NCBI GenBank assembly: GCA_049687495.1
Contig: JBAVJB010000068.1
Coordinates: 1-58,300, forward strand
Source of the DNA: Salinimicrobium sp.
GTDB taxonomy: Bacteria; Bacteroidota; Bacteroidia; Flavobacteriales; Flavobacteriaceae
Reading direction: 5' to 3'
DNA length: 58,300 bases
The notes under the pieces are model-generated. The model was not told where the DNA came from, did no database searches, and was given only the letters and a program-made list of their open reading frames with translations. This document shows, piece by piece, positions 18,164 through 25,695 of the stretch; position 1 is the first letter of the stretch; each line of letters begins with the position of its first letter. A program made the translations under genes and the position numbers.

Positions 18164-18756
18164 GTCTTGTAGCCGTAGATGGCTATTATTGTAAATGCGA
18201 AATACTGCAGGCTGGTAAAGGTAAGGCCCTTATAGAAGTAGAGCGGGACAGAAATTATATCTCCAATGATCCAGTAGATCCAGTTCTCCAGCTTCTTGCG
18301 CGCCATAAGCCACATCCCCACAAAGAAGACCGCGGTGGTTACGGTGTCTACATAGGCCGTCCAATTATTCCATTTATCAAAGAAATCATAGACGAAAAAG
18401 GTAAAGAACCAGGTGCCTAAAAAGATCAAAACGCTCCACAGCTTTTCTTTTTTAGTGGTCGTGGTTATGGGAATGTGATGCACGGCATCAACTTTTCTTG
18501 TCCACACGTACCAGCCGTAAATGCTCATGGTGGAATAGTAAAAGTTGATCATCATGTCTCCCAGCAGCTGCCACTGCCATAGCAGGTATACAAAGATCAC
18601 CGTGCTAATAATGCCGGTAGGATAAACCAGGATATTCTCCTGTTTTGAATACCAAACCGACAGAAAGCCGAAGATCACCGCAATGATCTCTAAAATGATA
18701 AATAAGGTAGGATAGCCTTCGTACTGCTGAAAAAGGAAATCAAAAATCGGCTGCAT
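18124..18756 (-). CDS. pnuC: PnuC-family vitamin/nucleoside transporter
   Basis: YGWYVW, KKLENWIYWIIGD, IYGYKTW motifs; 7-8 TM segments. Confidence 0.9.
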   Translation of the reverse strand: MQPIFDFLFQQYEGYPTLFIILEIIAVIFGFLSVWYSKQENILVYPTGIISTVIFVYLLWQWQLLGDMMINFYYSTMSIYGWYVWTRKVDAVHHIPITTTTKKEKLWSVLIFLGTWFFTFFVYDFFDKWNNWTAYVDTVTTAVFFVGMWLMARKKLENWIYWIIGDIISVPLYFYKGLTFTSLQYFAFTIIAIYGYKTWKNSLSKGHVTS

Positions 18757-19000
18757 AGTCGCTTCGATTGCCTTTAACGAGCTTCATCGTCATCAGCACA
18801 TGGTCCATAGACAGGAAAGTTTCCTTAACCTCTTCGGTTAAGAAATCCATTATCTTATCGTAATCACCATAGATCTGGGTGCCCAACGGGTTTTCCAGTA
18901 CGGTAAAGCCCGAGCTGCGCAGCGTCTTGATGAATTTCTTTATTGGTGCTTCAAAATCGTCCTGCAGCGGAGTGAGGGCGAGTTCTACAGAGATTTGCAT
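18740..19000 (-). CDS. thiamine-binding protein family (YkoF/MTH1187-like)
   Basis: 86 aa ferredoxin-like pattern ISVELALTPL...NPLGTQIYGDYD. Confidence 0.75.
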   Translation of the reverse strand: MQISVELALTPLQDDFEAPIKKFIKTLRSSGFTVLENPLGTQIYGDYDKIMDFLTEEVKETFLSMDHVLMTMKLVKGNRSDYAADF

Positions 19001-19125
19001 ATGTTTAGTTTTTGTCTTCCAAAATTAGGAAGATTAAAACGTTTCTGCGGTCTTTTTAAAAAGTTTTGCTAGTGCTGAAAAAGCAAACCCGGGAATGAAC
19101 TGGCTGATGATGGCTGCCTTAGGAG

Positions 19126-19513
19126 TTATTTCAAAGAGTGAATACCAATCAAAATTGCCTTCTGAATCTTTTACGAGGCTAATAAATCCATATTCCCCGA
19201 TCGACATTTTGGACCTGACTATGTTTCCGCCGGCGTTCTCAACTCTTCCTTCTTCTATATTGCAATCTTTACTTGAGAAATATACTATTATACTGTTACC
19301 GCCTGCCTCCATGTCTTTTGCCTTTACTAAAGCACCAGAAGTTTTGTTCCTCGATTCCATATCTGCAGGAAAAGCGAGCATTTTCAAACTATCTTCTGCA
19401 GGATTTCCAAGTTCAGACAACTTTAGATCAAAGACATTTTCATAAAATTTTTGGGCACGTTCAAGATCATTGACATAGATCTCAAACCATCCTACGGGAT
19501 TTTCAGTCTTCAT
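19126..19513 (-). pseudogene. VOC/glyoxalase family gene with a 1-bp insertion near its 3' end (or a sequencing error)
   Basis: NPVGWFEIYV.D..RA.KFY and DSEGN motifs; removing one T from the run at 19151-19154 restores GNLIGIHSLK-stop at 19126. Confidence 0.75.
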
Positions 19514-19597
19514 AACAGGATTTTTTTTGGTTCTACCTGTTATAAATTTATCACAGTTTTTCTGAACTTACACCAAAAACCCGCTGATTTTCAGCAC

Positions 19598-20335
19598 CTA
19601 ACCTAAATGGGTGATCTTTCCCGGATTCCTCTGAAAAACAAAAGAGTCATTTTCAAAGGCAGTTCCTATCACAATTAGGTCGGCACCGGCTTCATAAATG
19701 CTTTCCAGCTGCTCCTGCGATCTAATTCCGCCACCAACGATCAAAGGAATGTCTATGGCATTTTTCACTGCGGAAACTACAGCTTCAGAAATGGCATTTT
19801 TGGCACCGCTTCCGGCTTCAAGGTAGATGAGTTTTTTTCCCGAATATTGTCCCGCAAGTGCCGTGTTCACGATCATTTCAGGATCACCTGGATCTAAAGG
19901 CCGGGTGTTACTCACTCTTTCCACTGCCGAAAAATTTCCGCCGTCAACAAGTATATAACCCGTCGGGATCACTTCCAGTTTGCTCTCCCGCAGTTTTTGC
20001 ACGGATTTCACCTGCTGCCCAATCAAATATTCCGGATTCCTTCCGGAGATAAGGCTTAGGAACAAAAGCGCATCTGCTTCGGGTGTGATATGTGAATGGT
20101 CGCCGGGAAAAAGTATGACCGGCAAAGAAGTTTCGGCTTTAACGGCTTTTACGCAGGCTTCGGTTTTACCGGCCTCTACACTGCTGCCGCCAATAAAGAG
20201 GTGGGTAGTACAAGATGGGATCTTCCGAAGAAATTCTGCAGCATTCCGCAGTTCAAACCTATCGGGGTCGATCAGGACCGCCAGTAATTTTTTGCCTGCA
20301 GCTACTGCCTCAAAAATGTCATTTTTGACCCTCAT
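19598..20335 (-). CDS. geranylgeranylglyceryl/heptaprenylglyceryl phosphate synthase (PcrB/GGGPS family)
   Basis: LIDPD, FIGGS, LFPG, SLISGRNPEYLIG, YLEAGSGA, IVGGGIRS motifs. Confidence 0.93.
   Translation of the reverse strand: MRVKNDIFEAVAAGKKLLAVLIDPDRFELRNAAEFLRKIPSCTTHLFIGGSSVEAGKTEACVKAVKAETSLPVILFPGDHSHITPEADALLFLSLISGRNPEYLIGQQVKSVQKLRESKLEVIPTGYILVDGGNFSAVERVSNTRPLDPGDPEMIVNTALAGQYSGKKLIYLEAGSGAKNAISEAVVSAVKNAIDIPLIVGGGIRSQEQLESIYEAGADLIVIGTAFENDSFVFQRNPGKITHLG
19786..19802. repeat. 17-bp palindrome copy (1 mismatch), intragenic
   Basis: CAGAAATGGCATTTTTG-GCACC in GGGPS (encodes GAKNAIS). Confidence 0.65.
20311..20327. repeat. 17-bp palindrome copy (perfect), intragenic
   Basis: CAAAAATGTCATTTTTG at the GGGPS N-terminus (encodes VKNDIFE). 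Confidence 0.88.
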
Positions 20336-20976
20336 GCCTGCACTTCATTTTGAGGCAGGGCATAAACGCAGGTAAAGCCTTCAAATTCGGTAAAAGCGAA
20401 ATTGTACCAGGAAGTTTCCCCGTGAAAAAGGACTTTTCCTGTGGTCTTTTGATCGTCAAAATCAAAGTCGGTAATATTGATATGCTGCAAAAAACTCACT
20501 TTTGGCCGGGCGAAGAGTTTATAGACTGCTTCCTTGGCGCCCCAAACAATAGTCAGCTTCCTCACAAGCGCCTCAGCATTTGCAAGAGTACGGTATTCTT
20601 CAATTGGAGTAAATTTTGGGGCGATCAAGAGGATCTTATCTCGCTGCTTTTCAATGTCAATCCCCACCTTTCTCTTGCTCACAATAATGGCAGAAAAAAC
20701 AAAAGAATGCGTGATCGAAATGAACTTACCGTCCTTGAGGTGCGGTTTCCCTTCGTCATCATAGAACAGGTCAAAGTCGGTATAATTCATAGCTGCCAGG
20801 AGGTGCCTCACGCTCATGAATCCGCGCCGGTGAAGATCGCTTTTCATGCCATCTACCCTCTGCCTGCAATGCTGCGTCAACTCCACACCCTCACTTAGTT
20901 CTTCAAAGCTTTCTTCTATCTTCCAAATGAGGACTTTAGTATCGTCATCAATTGTTATTGTTTTGTAAAGGGGCAT
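20332..20976 (-). CDS. 4'-phosphopantetheinyl transferase (Sfp-type)
   Basis: GKP, ISITHS, VGIDIE, WGAKEAVYK motifs. Confidence 0.9.
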   Translation of the reverse strand: MPLYKTITIDDDTKVLIWKIEESFEELSEGVELTQHCRQRVDGMKSDLHRRGFMSVRHLLAAMNYTDFDLFYDDEGKPHLKDGKFISITHSFVFSAIIVSKRKVGIDIEKQRDKILLIAPKFTPIEEYRTLANAEALVRKLTIVWGAKEAVYKLFARPKVSFLQHINITDFDFDDQKTTGKVLFHGETSWYNFAFTEFEGFTCVYALPQNEVQA

Positions 20977-20997
20977 AAAAAACTCTTAAATATTCCG

Positions 20998-21005
20998 TAT
21001 TTTTG
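20998..21005 (+). promoter_or_regulatory. -7 promoter element for ahcY
   Basis: TATTTTTG 33 bp upstream of the ATG. Confidence 0.55.
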
Positions 21006-21038
21006 CACTTCTGAAAGTGCTAAATCAAATATAATAAT

Positions 21039-22355
21039 ATGTCAACGAAAACAGTACCTTATACTGCCTATAAAGTAAAAGATATTTCCCTGGCCGACTG
21101 GGGAAGAAAAGAAATAGAACTTGCCGAAGCTGAGATGCCGGGCCTTATGGCTCTACGTAAGGAATTTGGAGACGAGCAGCCGCTAAAAGGCGCCCGTATT
21201 GCAGGATGTCTTCACATGACCATTCAAACCGCTGTGCTTATCGAGACTTTAGTTGCTTTAGGCGCTGAAGTAACCTGGAGCTCATGTAACATTTTCTCTA
21301 CTCAAGACCAGGCTGCCGCTGCGATCGCTGCTGCAGGAGTTCCTGTTTATGCCTGGAAAGGTATGACTGCGGAAGAGTTTGACTGGTGTATCGAGCAAAC
21401 CTTATTCTTTGGAGAAGAGCGCAAGCCGCTTAACATGATCCTTGATGACGGGGGCGACCTTACCAATATGGTACTCGATAAATATCCTGAACTTGCTGAA
21501 GGCATTAAAGGCCTTTCCGAAGAAACCACTACAGGAGTTCACAGGCTTTACGAGCGCATGAAAAATGGTACTTTGCCAATGCCTGCGATCAACGTGAACG
21601 ACTCGGTTACCAAATCTAAGTTCGATAACAAATTTGGATGTCGCGAAAGTGCGGTTGACGCCATTCGTCGTGCGACCGATGTAATGCTTGCCGGAAAACG
21701 CGTTGTAGTTTGCGGTTACGGGGATGTTGGAAAAGGAACTGCTGCTTCTTTTAGAGGAGCAGGCGCGATCGTTACCATTACCGAGATTGATCCTATTTGT
21801 GCGCTACAGGCTGCAATGGACGGATTTGAAGTGAAGAAACTGGAAACAGTTGTCGAAAAAGCAGATATCGTGATCACCACTACCGGAAATAAAGATATCG
21901 TAAGAGCCGAGCATTTCAAGGCGATGAAAGACAAAACCATCGTTTGTAACATAGGGCACTTCGATAACGAGATCCAGGTGAGCTGGTTGAACGAGAACTT
22001 CGGAAATTCTAAAGTTGAGATCAAGCCTCAGGTTGATAAATATACTATTGACGGGAAAGATATCATTCTACTTGCCGAAGGTCGTCTTGTAAACCTTGGT
22101 TGTGCTACAGGACACCCAAGCTTTGTGATGAGTAACTCCTTCACCAACCAAACGCTTGCACAAATGGAGCTTTGGAACAATAATGGCGAGTACGAGAACA
22201 AAGTTTATATGCTTCCAAAGCATTTAGACGAAAAAGTAGCAGCGCTACACCTTGAAAAGATCGGGGTGGAATTGACTGAGCTTTCAAAAGAACAAGCCGA
22301 CTACATAGGAGTAACTGTTGAAGGCCCGTTCAAACCGGAATACTACAGATACTAG
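21039..22355 (+). CDS. ahcY: adenosylhomocysteinase
   Basis: [51 protein letters not shown] motifs. Confidence 0.98.
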   Translation: MSTKTVPYTAYKVKDISLADWGRKEIELAEAEMPGLMALRKEFGDEQPLKGARIAGCLHMTIQTAVLIETLVALGAEVTWSSCNIFSTQDQAAAAIAAAGVPVYAWKGMTAEEFDWCIEQTLFFGEERKPLNMILDDGGDLTNMVLDKYPELAEGIKGLSEETTTGVHRLYERMKNGTLPMPAINVNDSVTKSKFDNKFGCRESAVDAIRRATDVMLAGKRVVVCGYGDVGKGTAASFRGAGAIVTITEIDPICALQAAMDGFEVKKLETVVEKADIVITTTGNKDIVRAEHFKAMKDKTIVCNIGHFDNEIQVSWLNENFGNSKVEIKPQVDKYTIDGKDIILLAEGRLVNLGCATGHPSFVMSNSFTNQTLAQMELWNNNGEYENKVYMLPKHLDEKVAALHLEKIGVELTELSKEQADYIGVTVEGPFKPEYYRY

Positions 22356-22377
22356 ACGTTAGACGTTAGACGTTAGA
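22353..22377 (+). repeat. heptamer tandem repeat (TAGACGT)x3.5
   Basis: tagacgt tagacgt tagacgt taga, starting at the ahcY stop codon. Confidence 0.85.
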
Positions 22378-22386
22378 AATATTTTT

Positions 22387-22421
22387 AATCCTCTTCAAAA
22401 ATGACATTTTTGGAGGGGATT
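22387..22421. repeat. 17-bp palindrome copy (perfect core 22396-22412) with paired flanks
   Basis: AATCCTCTT-CAAAAATGACATTTTTG-GAGGGGATT; between convergent ahcY and the DUF2007-like gene. Confidence 0.9.
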
Positions 22422-22425
22422 TTTT

Positions 22426-22767
22426 TTAATGCAGATCAGGGTTCATAAACCAGGCGACGAGCAGGATCACGATAAGCAGCACTAAAGCAGCCAGGAAAAG
22501 GAACATCCAGCGCTTCATAGGCGCCTTGCGCTGATTTTCTTCATAAGGATGCCCTATCTTCAAATAACCGGACTCGTGCAGCAGCTTTCTTGCCTTCTCC
22601 CGGTCTTCTTCTCTAACCTGCAGCCTTTGTTCCGGCTGGTCTCTTTCAGCCATTGCCTTTCGATCTTCTTCTACTATGCGGTAGTGAATTCCTTTACCCT
22701 CAAAAAGGGCTTTTAGGGAGGAGATTTCAGCTTTGTCGGTCGTGGTATGAATGGTGATATATTCCAT
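22426..22767 (-). CDS. DUF2007-like putative signal transducing protein with C-terminal TM helix
   Basis: LKALFEGKGIHY...LQVREEDREKARKLL pattern, hydrophobic C-terminus. Confidence 0.6.
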   Translation of the reverse strand: MEYITIHTTTDKAEISSLKALFEGKGIHYRIVEEDRKAMAERDQPEQRLQVREEDREKARKLLHESGYLKIGHPYEENQRKAPMKRWMFLFLAALVLLIVILLVAWFMNPDLH

Positions 22768-22802
22768 CTTCCGTAGGTTTTTAACATCTCCCTTAAAAAT
22801 AC

Positions 22803-22834
22803 AAAAAAACCCCTTCTGTTTCCAGAAGGGGTTT
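22803..22834 (-). terminator. intrinsic terminator of rplU-rpmA
   Basis: CCCCTTCTG/CAGAAGGGG stem with T7 on the minus strand. Confidence 0.85.
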
Positions 22835-22858
22835 CTTATTTATCTAATAAAGAAGAGA

Positions 22859-23119
22859 CTAAGCTTCGAACGGTTCGATAGAAACGTAAGATTTGTTGTC
22901 TTTCTTTTTAGTGAATTTTACGATACCGTCAACTTTGGCATGTAAAGTATGGTCTTTTCCTGCGTACACATTCTCTCCTGGATTGTGAGCAGTACCTCTT
23001 TGTCTAACGATGATGTTCCCTGCGATGGCAGCTTGTCCTCCAAAGATCTTCACACCTAAGCGTTTCGATTCTGATTCTCTACCGTTCTTGGAACTACCTA
23101 CACCTTTCTTGTGAGCCAT
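22859..23119 (-). CDS. rpmA: 50S ribosomal protein L27
   Basis: [24 protein letters not shown]. Confidence 0.99.
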   Translation of the reverse strand: MAHKKGVGSSKNGRESESKRLGVKIFGGQAAIAGNIIVRQRGTAHNPGENVYAGKDHTLHAKVDGIVKFTKKKDNKSYVSIEPFEA

Positions 23120-23145
23120 TTTATTTCCTTTTTACTGTTAAACGA

Positions 23146-23628
23146 TTAGCTTAAAGCAGCTATTAGTTCGGCTTTTTTCATAGAAGAGTATCCTTCAAGA
23201 CCTCTTTCTTTAGCCATTTCCTTTAGTTCGGCAACTGTATGTGAAGAAAGATCCTTGTTATCTTCAGTTGAAGCTTTTGGTTCTTCTTTCTTAGCCGAAG
23301 TTGATTTTTTAGCACCTGAAAGAGAAATTCCTGAGATAGAAATTTCAGTAAGCGCCTGGCGGTGACCATTCTTAACACGGTAACCTTTTCTTCTTTTCTT
23401 TTTGAAAACAATTACTTTGTCTCCTTTTAGGTGCCTGGTGATGGTAGCATCAACAGAAGCTCCTTCTATAGCTGGGGCGCCCAAAGTGATGTCTTTACCG
23501 TCACCTGTTAGAAGAACTTTGTCAAAAGAGATCTTGTCTCCTTCTTCTCCTGCCAAACGGTGAACGAACACTTTCTGGTCTTTTGCAACTTTAAATTGCT
23601 GCCCTGCTATCTCTACAATTGCGTACAT
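23146..23628 (-). CDS. rplU: 50S ribosomal protein L21 with C-terminal Rho_N-like extension
   Basis: MYAIVEIAGQQFKV...KKKRRKGY..KNGHRQ; start set at ATG 23628. Confidence 0.97.
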   Translation of the reverse strand: MYAIVEIAGQQFKVAKDQKVFVHRLAGEEGDKISFDKVLLTGDGKDITLGAPAIEGASVDATITRHLKGDKVIVFKKKRRKGYRVKNGHRQALTEISISGISLSGAKKSTSAKKEEPKASTEDNKDLSSHTVAELKEMAKERGLEGYSSMKKAELIAALS

Positions 23629-23680
23629 AGCGTCTTTAATTAAGGGTTTAATTTGAATGCCCAATTTTCTTAGGCGGGTG

Positions 23681-23688
23681 CAAATATA
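23681..23688 (-). promoter_or_regulatory. -7 promoter element for rplU-rpmA
   Basis: TATATTTG upstream of rplU. Confidence 0.7.
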
Positions 23689-23719
23689 CTCCTAATTAAT
23701 TAATTTGCAAAGCTTTGTT

Positions 23720-24184
23720 TTAGTAGGTGTGCTTTTTTCCTTCAAGGGTGTTCCAGCTGTCTTTAAGCAGCTGCATAAAACTGAGGGCCAACACAAAAGA
23801 GGTGGCAAAACCCATTAAAGCGACGGTGAAGACGAGCAGGCCAAGATTCACAAACCAGTCAGAATCCCACATGGTCACCAATTCATTGGAAAAATCGGGA
23901 TTGAGCTCACTGGAATAGATTGCGAAAAATCCGGTAAAAATAACCGTGGCAATGATACCGGTGGAAAGACCGGCCACAAAACCCTTTTGGTACTTGAACT
24001 TGGCTCCTTTTTGCTTTCGGTATTTCTTAATGGCCAGGAACATTCCCACACCCGTGATCACAATATTAAAAACACTGTAGGCGGGATATTTGACCAAATC
24101 TAAAAGCGCCAATATAAGGAAGTACGCAATGAGTCCTACGGCTATAAAAATTCCATACATCAATGGTACCGATGATTTTTTCAT
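23720..24184 (-). CDS. DUF4199-like membrane protein
   Basis: four hydrophobic helices, YG..I...F.Y..GF..G pattern. Confidence 0.65.
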   Translation of the reverse strand: MKKSSVPLMYGIFIAVGLIAYFLILALLDLVKYPAYSVFNIVITGVGMFLAIKKYRKQKGAKFKYQKGFVAGLSTGIIATVIFTGFFAIYSSELNPDFSNELVTMWDSDWFVNLGLLVFTVALMGFATSFVLALSFMQLLKDSWNTLEGKKHTY

Positions 24185-24357
24185 GAGTCTGGTGTTTAGG
24201 CGTTTCTATAAATTTCCAAAAAATATTAGGAAATCAGCCTTAACAGCGTGTTAATTGTCAAAGCCGAAATCTTTGATCCTTAATATATTTCACTTTTTTG
24301 TAACATTTAGGTATCTTTCCATACCTATTACAGTACCTTAATTAAAAAATCATACAA

Positions 24358-25683
24358 ATGACCAAGAGTTTCAGATTAACAGCCTGTGCTCTCCTGTTAA
24401 GCATTACCGGGATAGCACAAGAGGTTGAATTTACCCAGTATGAGCTGGATAATGGCCTTGACGTCATCCTGCACCAGGATAACTCGGCCCCTGTAGTCAC
24501 TACCTCGGTGATGTACCATGTTGGCGGAAAAGACCGCATTAACGGCAAAACAGGATTTGCCCACTTCTTTGAACACTTACTTTTTGAAGGAACAGAAAAC
24601 ATTCCTAAGGGGGACTGGTTCAAGATCGTTACTGCCAACGGAGGTTCGAACAACGCGAATACTTCTAATGACAGGACCTACTACTACGAGATCTTCCCTT
24701 CGAATAACCTTGAACTGGGTCTTTGGATGGAATCTGAAAGAATGATGCACCCTATCATCAAACAGGGCGGGGTAGACACTCAAAATGAAGTTGTAAAGGA
24801 AGAAAGAAGACTTAGAGTAGATAACAGTCCTTACGGCCATTTGGTTGATGAGGTTTCTGCAAATCTTTTCCAGAAGCACCCTTATAAAGATCCAAACATT
24901 GGCTACATGGAAGATCTTGATGCAAGTGAGCTTTCAGAATTCCAGCAGTTCTTCAAGGAGTACTACTCTCCTAACAATGCTACTCTTGTAGTTGCCGGTG
25001 ATATTAACATTGAAGACACCAAGAAAATGATAGCAGACTATTTTGGTCCTATTCCTGCCGGAAAAGAGGTGACCAGGAACTTCCCTAAAGAAGAGCCTAT
25101 CACGCAGGAGATCGAGGATACGGCCTATGACGCCAACATTCAAATCCCGGCTGTTGTTTTGGCCTACAGGACTCCTTCAATGAAAGACAGAGACGCTTAT
25201 GTTCTGGACATGATCTCTTCTATTCTTTCTGACGGAAAATCTTCAAGACTTTACAAGAAGCTGGTTGACCAGCAAAAACAAGCCCTGCAGGTAGGTGCTT
25301 TTAACCTTAGCCAGGAAGATTATGGAGAATACATCATCTACGGTATGCCTTTGGGAGAAACAGCTCTTGATACGCTTACTTCAGAAATCGATGAAGAGAT
25401 CCAGAAATTGAAGACAGACCTTATTAGCCAGAGAGAATTTGAAAAGCTTCAGAACAAGTTTGAGAATCGATTTGTGAACTCAAACAGCACAATTGCAGGA
25501 ATTGCAAACTCTCTTGCCACTTACCATACGCTTTACGGTGACACGAACCTCATCAATGACGAGATCGACATCTACCGAAGCATCACCCGTGAAGACATCA
25601 AACGCGTGGCAAACAAATACCTCAACAAGGATCAAAGGCTTGTATTGGATTACCTGCCAAAGAAAGAAGATTCTGAACAGTAA
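24358..25683 (+). CDS. M16 family zinc peptidase, catalytic subunit
   Basis: signal peptide; inverted zinc motif HFFEH; NANTSNDRTYY; EVVKEERR. Confidence 0.93.
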   Translation: MTKSFRLTACALLLSITGIAQEVEFTQYELDNGLDVILHQDNSAPVVTTSVMYHVGGKDRINGKTGFAHFFEHLLFEGTENIPKGDWFKIVTANGGSNNANTSNDRTYYYEIFPSNNLELGLWMESERMMHPIIKQGGVDTQNEVVKEERRLRVDNSPYGHLVDEVSANLFQKHPYKDPNIGYMEDLDASELSEFQQFFKEYYSPNNATLVVAGDINIEDTKKMIADYFGPIPAGKEVTRNFPKEEPITQEIEDTAYDANIQIPAVVLAYRTPSMKDRDAYVLDMISSILSDGKSSRLYKKLVDQQKQALQVGAFNLSQEDYGEYIIYGMPLGETALDTLTSEIDEEIQKLKTDLISQREFEKLQNKFENRFVNSNSTIAGIANSLATYHTLYGDTNLINDEIDIYRSITREDIKRVANKYLNKDQRLVLDYLPKKEDSEQ

Positions 25684-25695
25684 AAAATAAACGAA

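Noticed and set aside
19001..19125. Second TPP riboswitch upstream of the thiamine-binding/pnuC operon
   Set aside because: No GCUGAGA/AUACCC/GAACCUG blocks seen on the minus strand.
20977..21038. SAH/SAM riboswitch upstream of ahcY
   Set aside because: The 62-bp AT-rich gap holds only a promoter element and a short GCACTT/AAGTGC hairpin, with no aptamer consensus.
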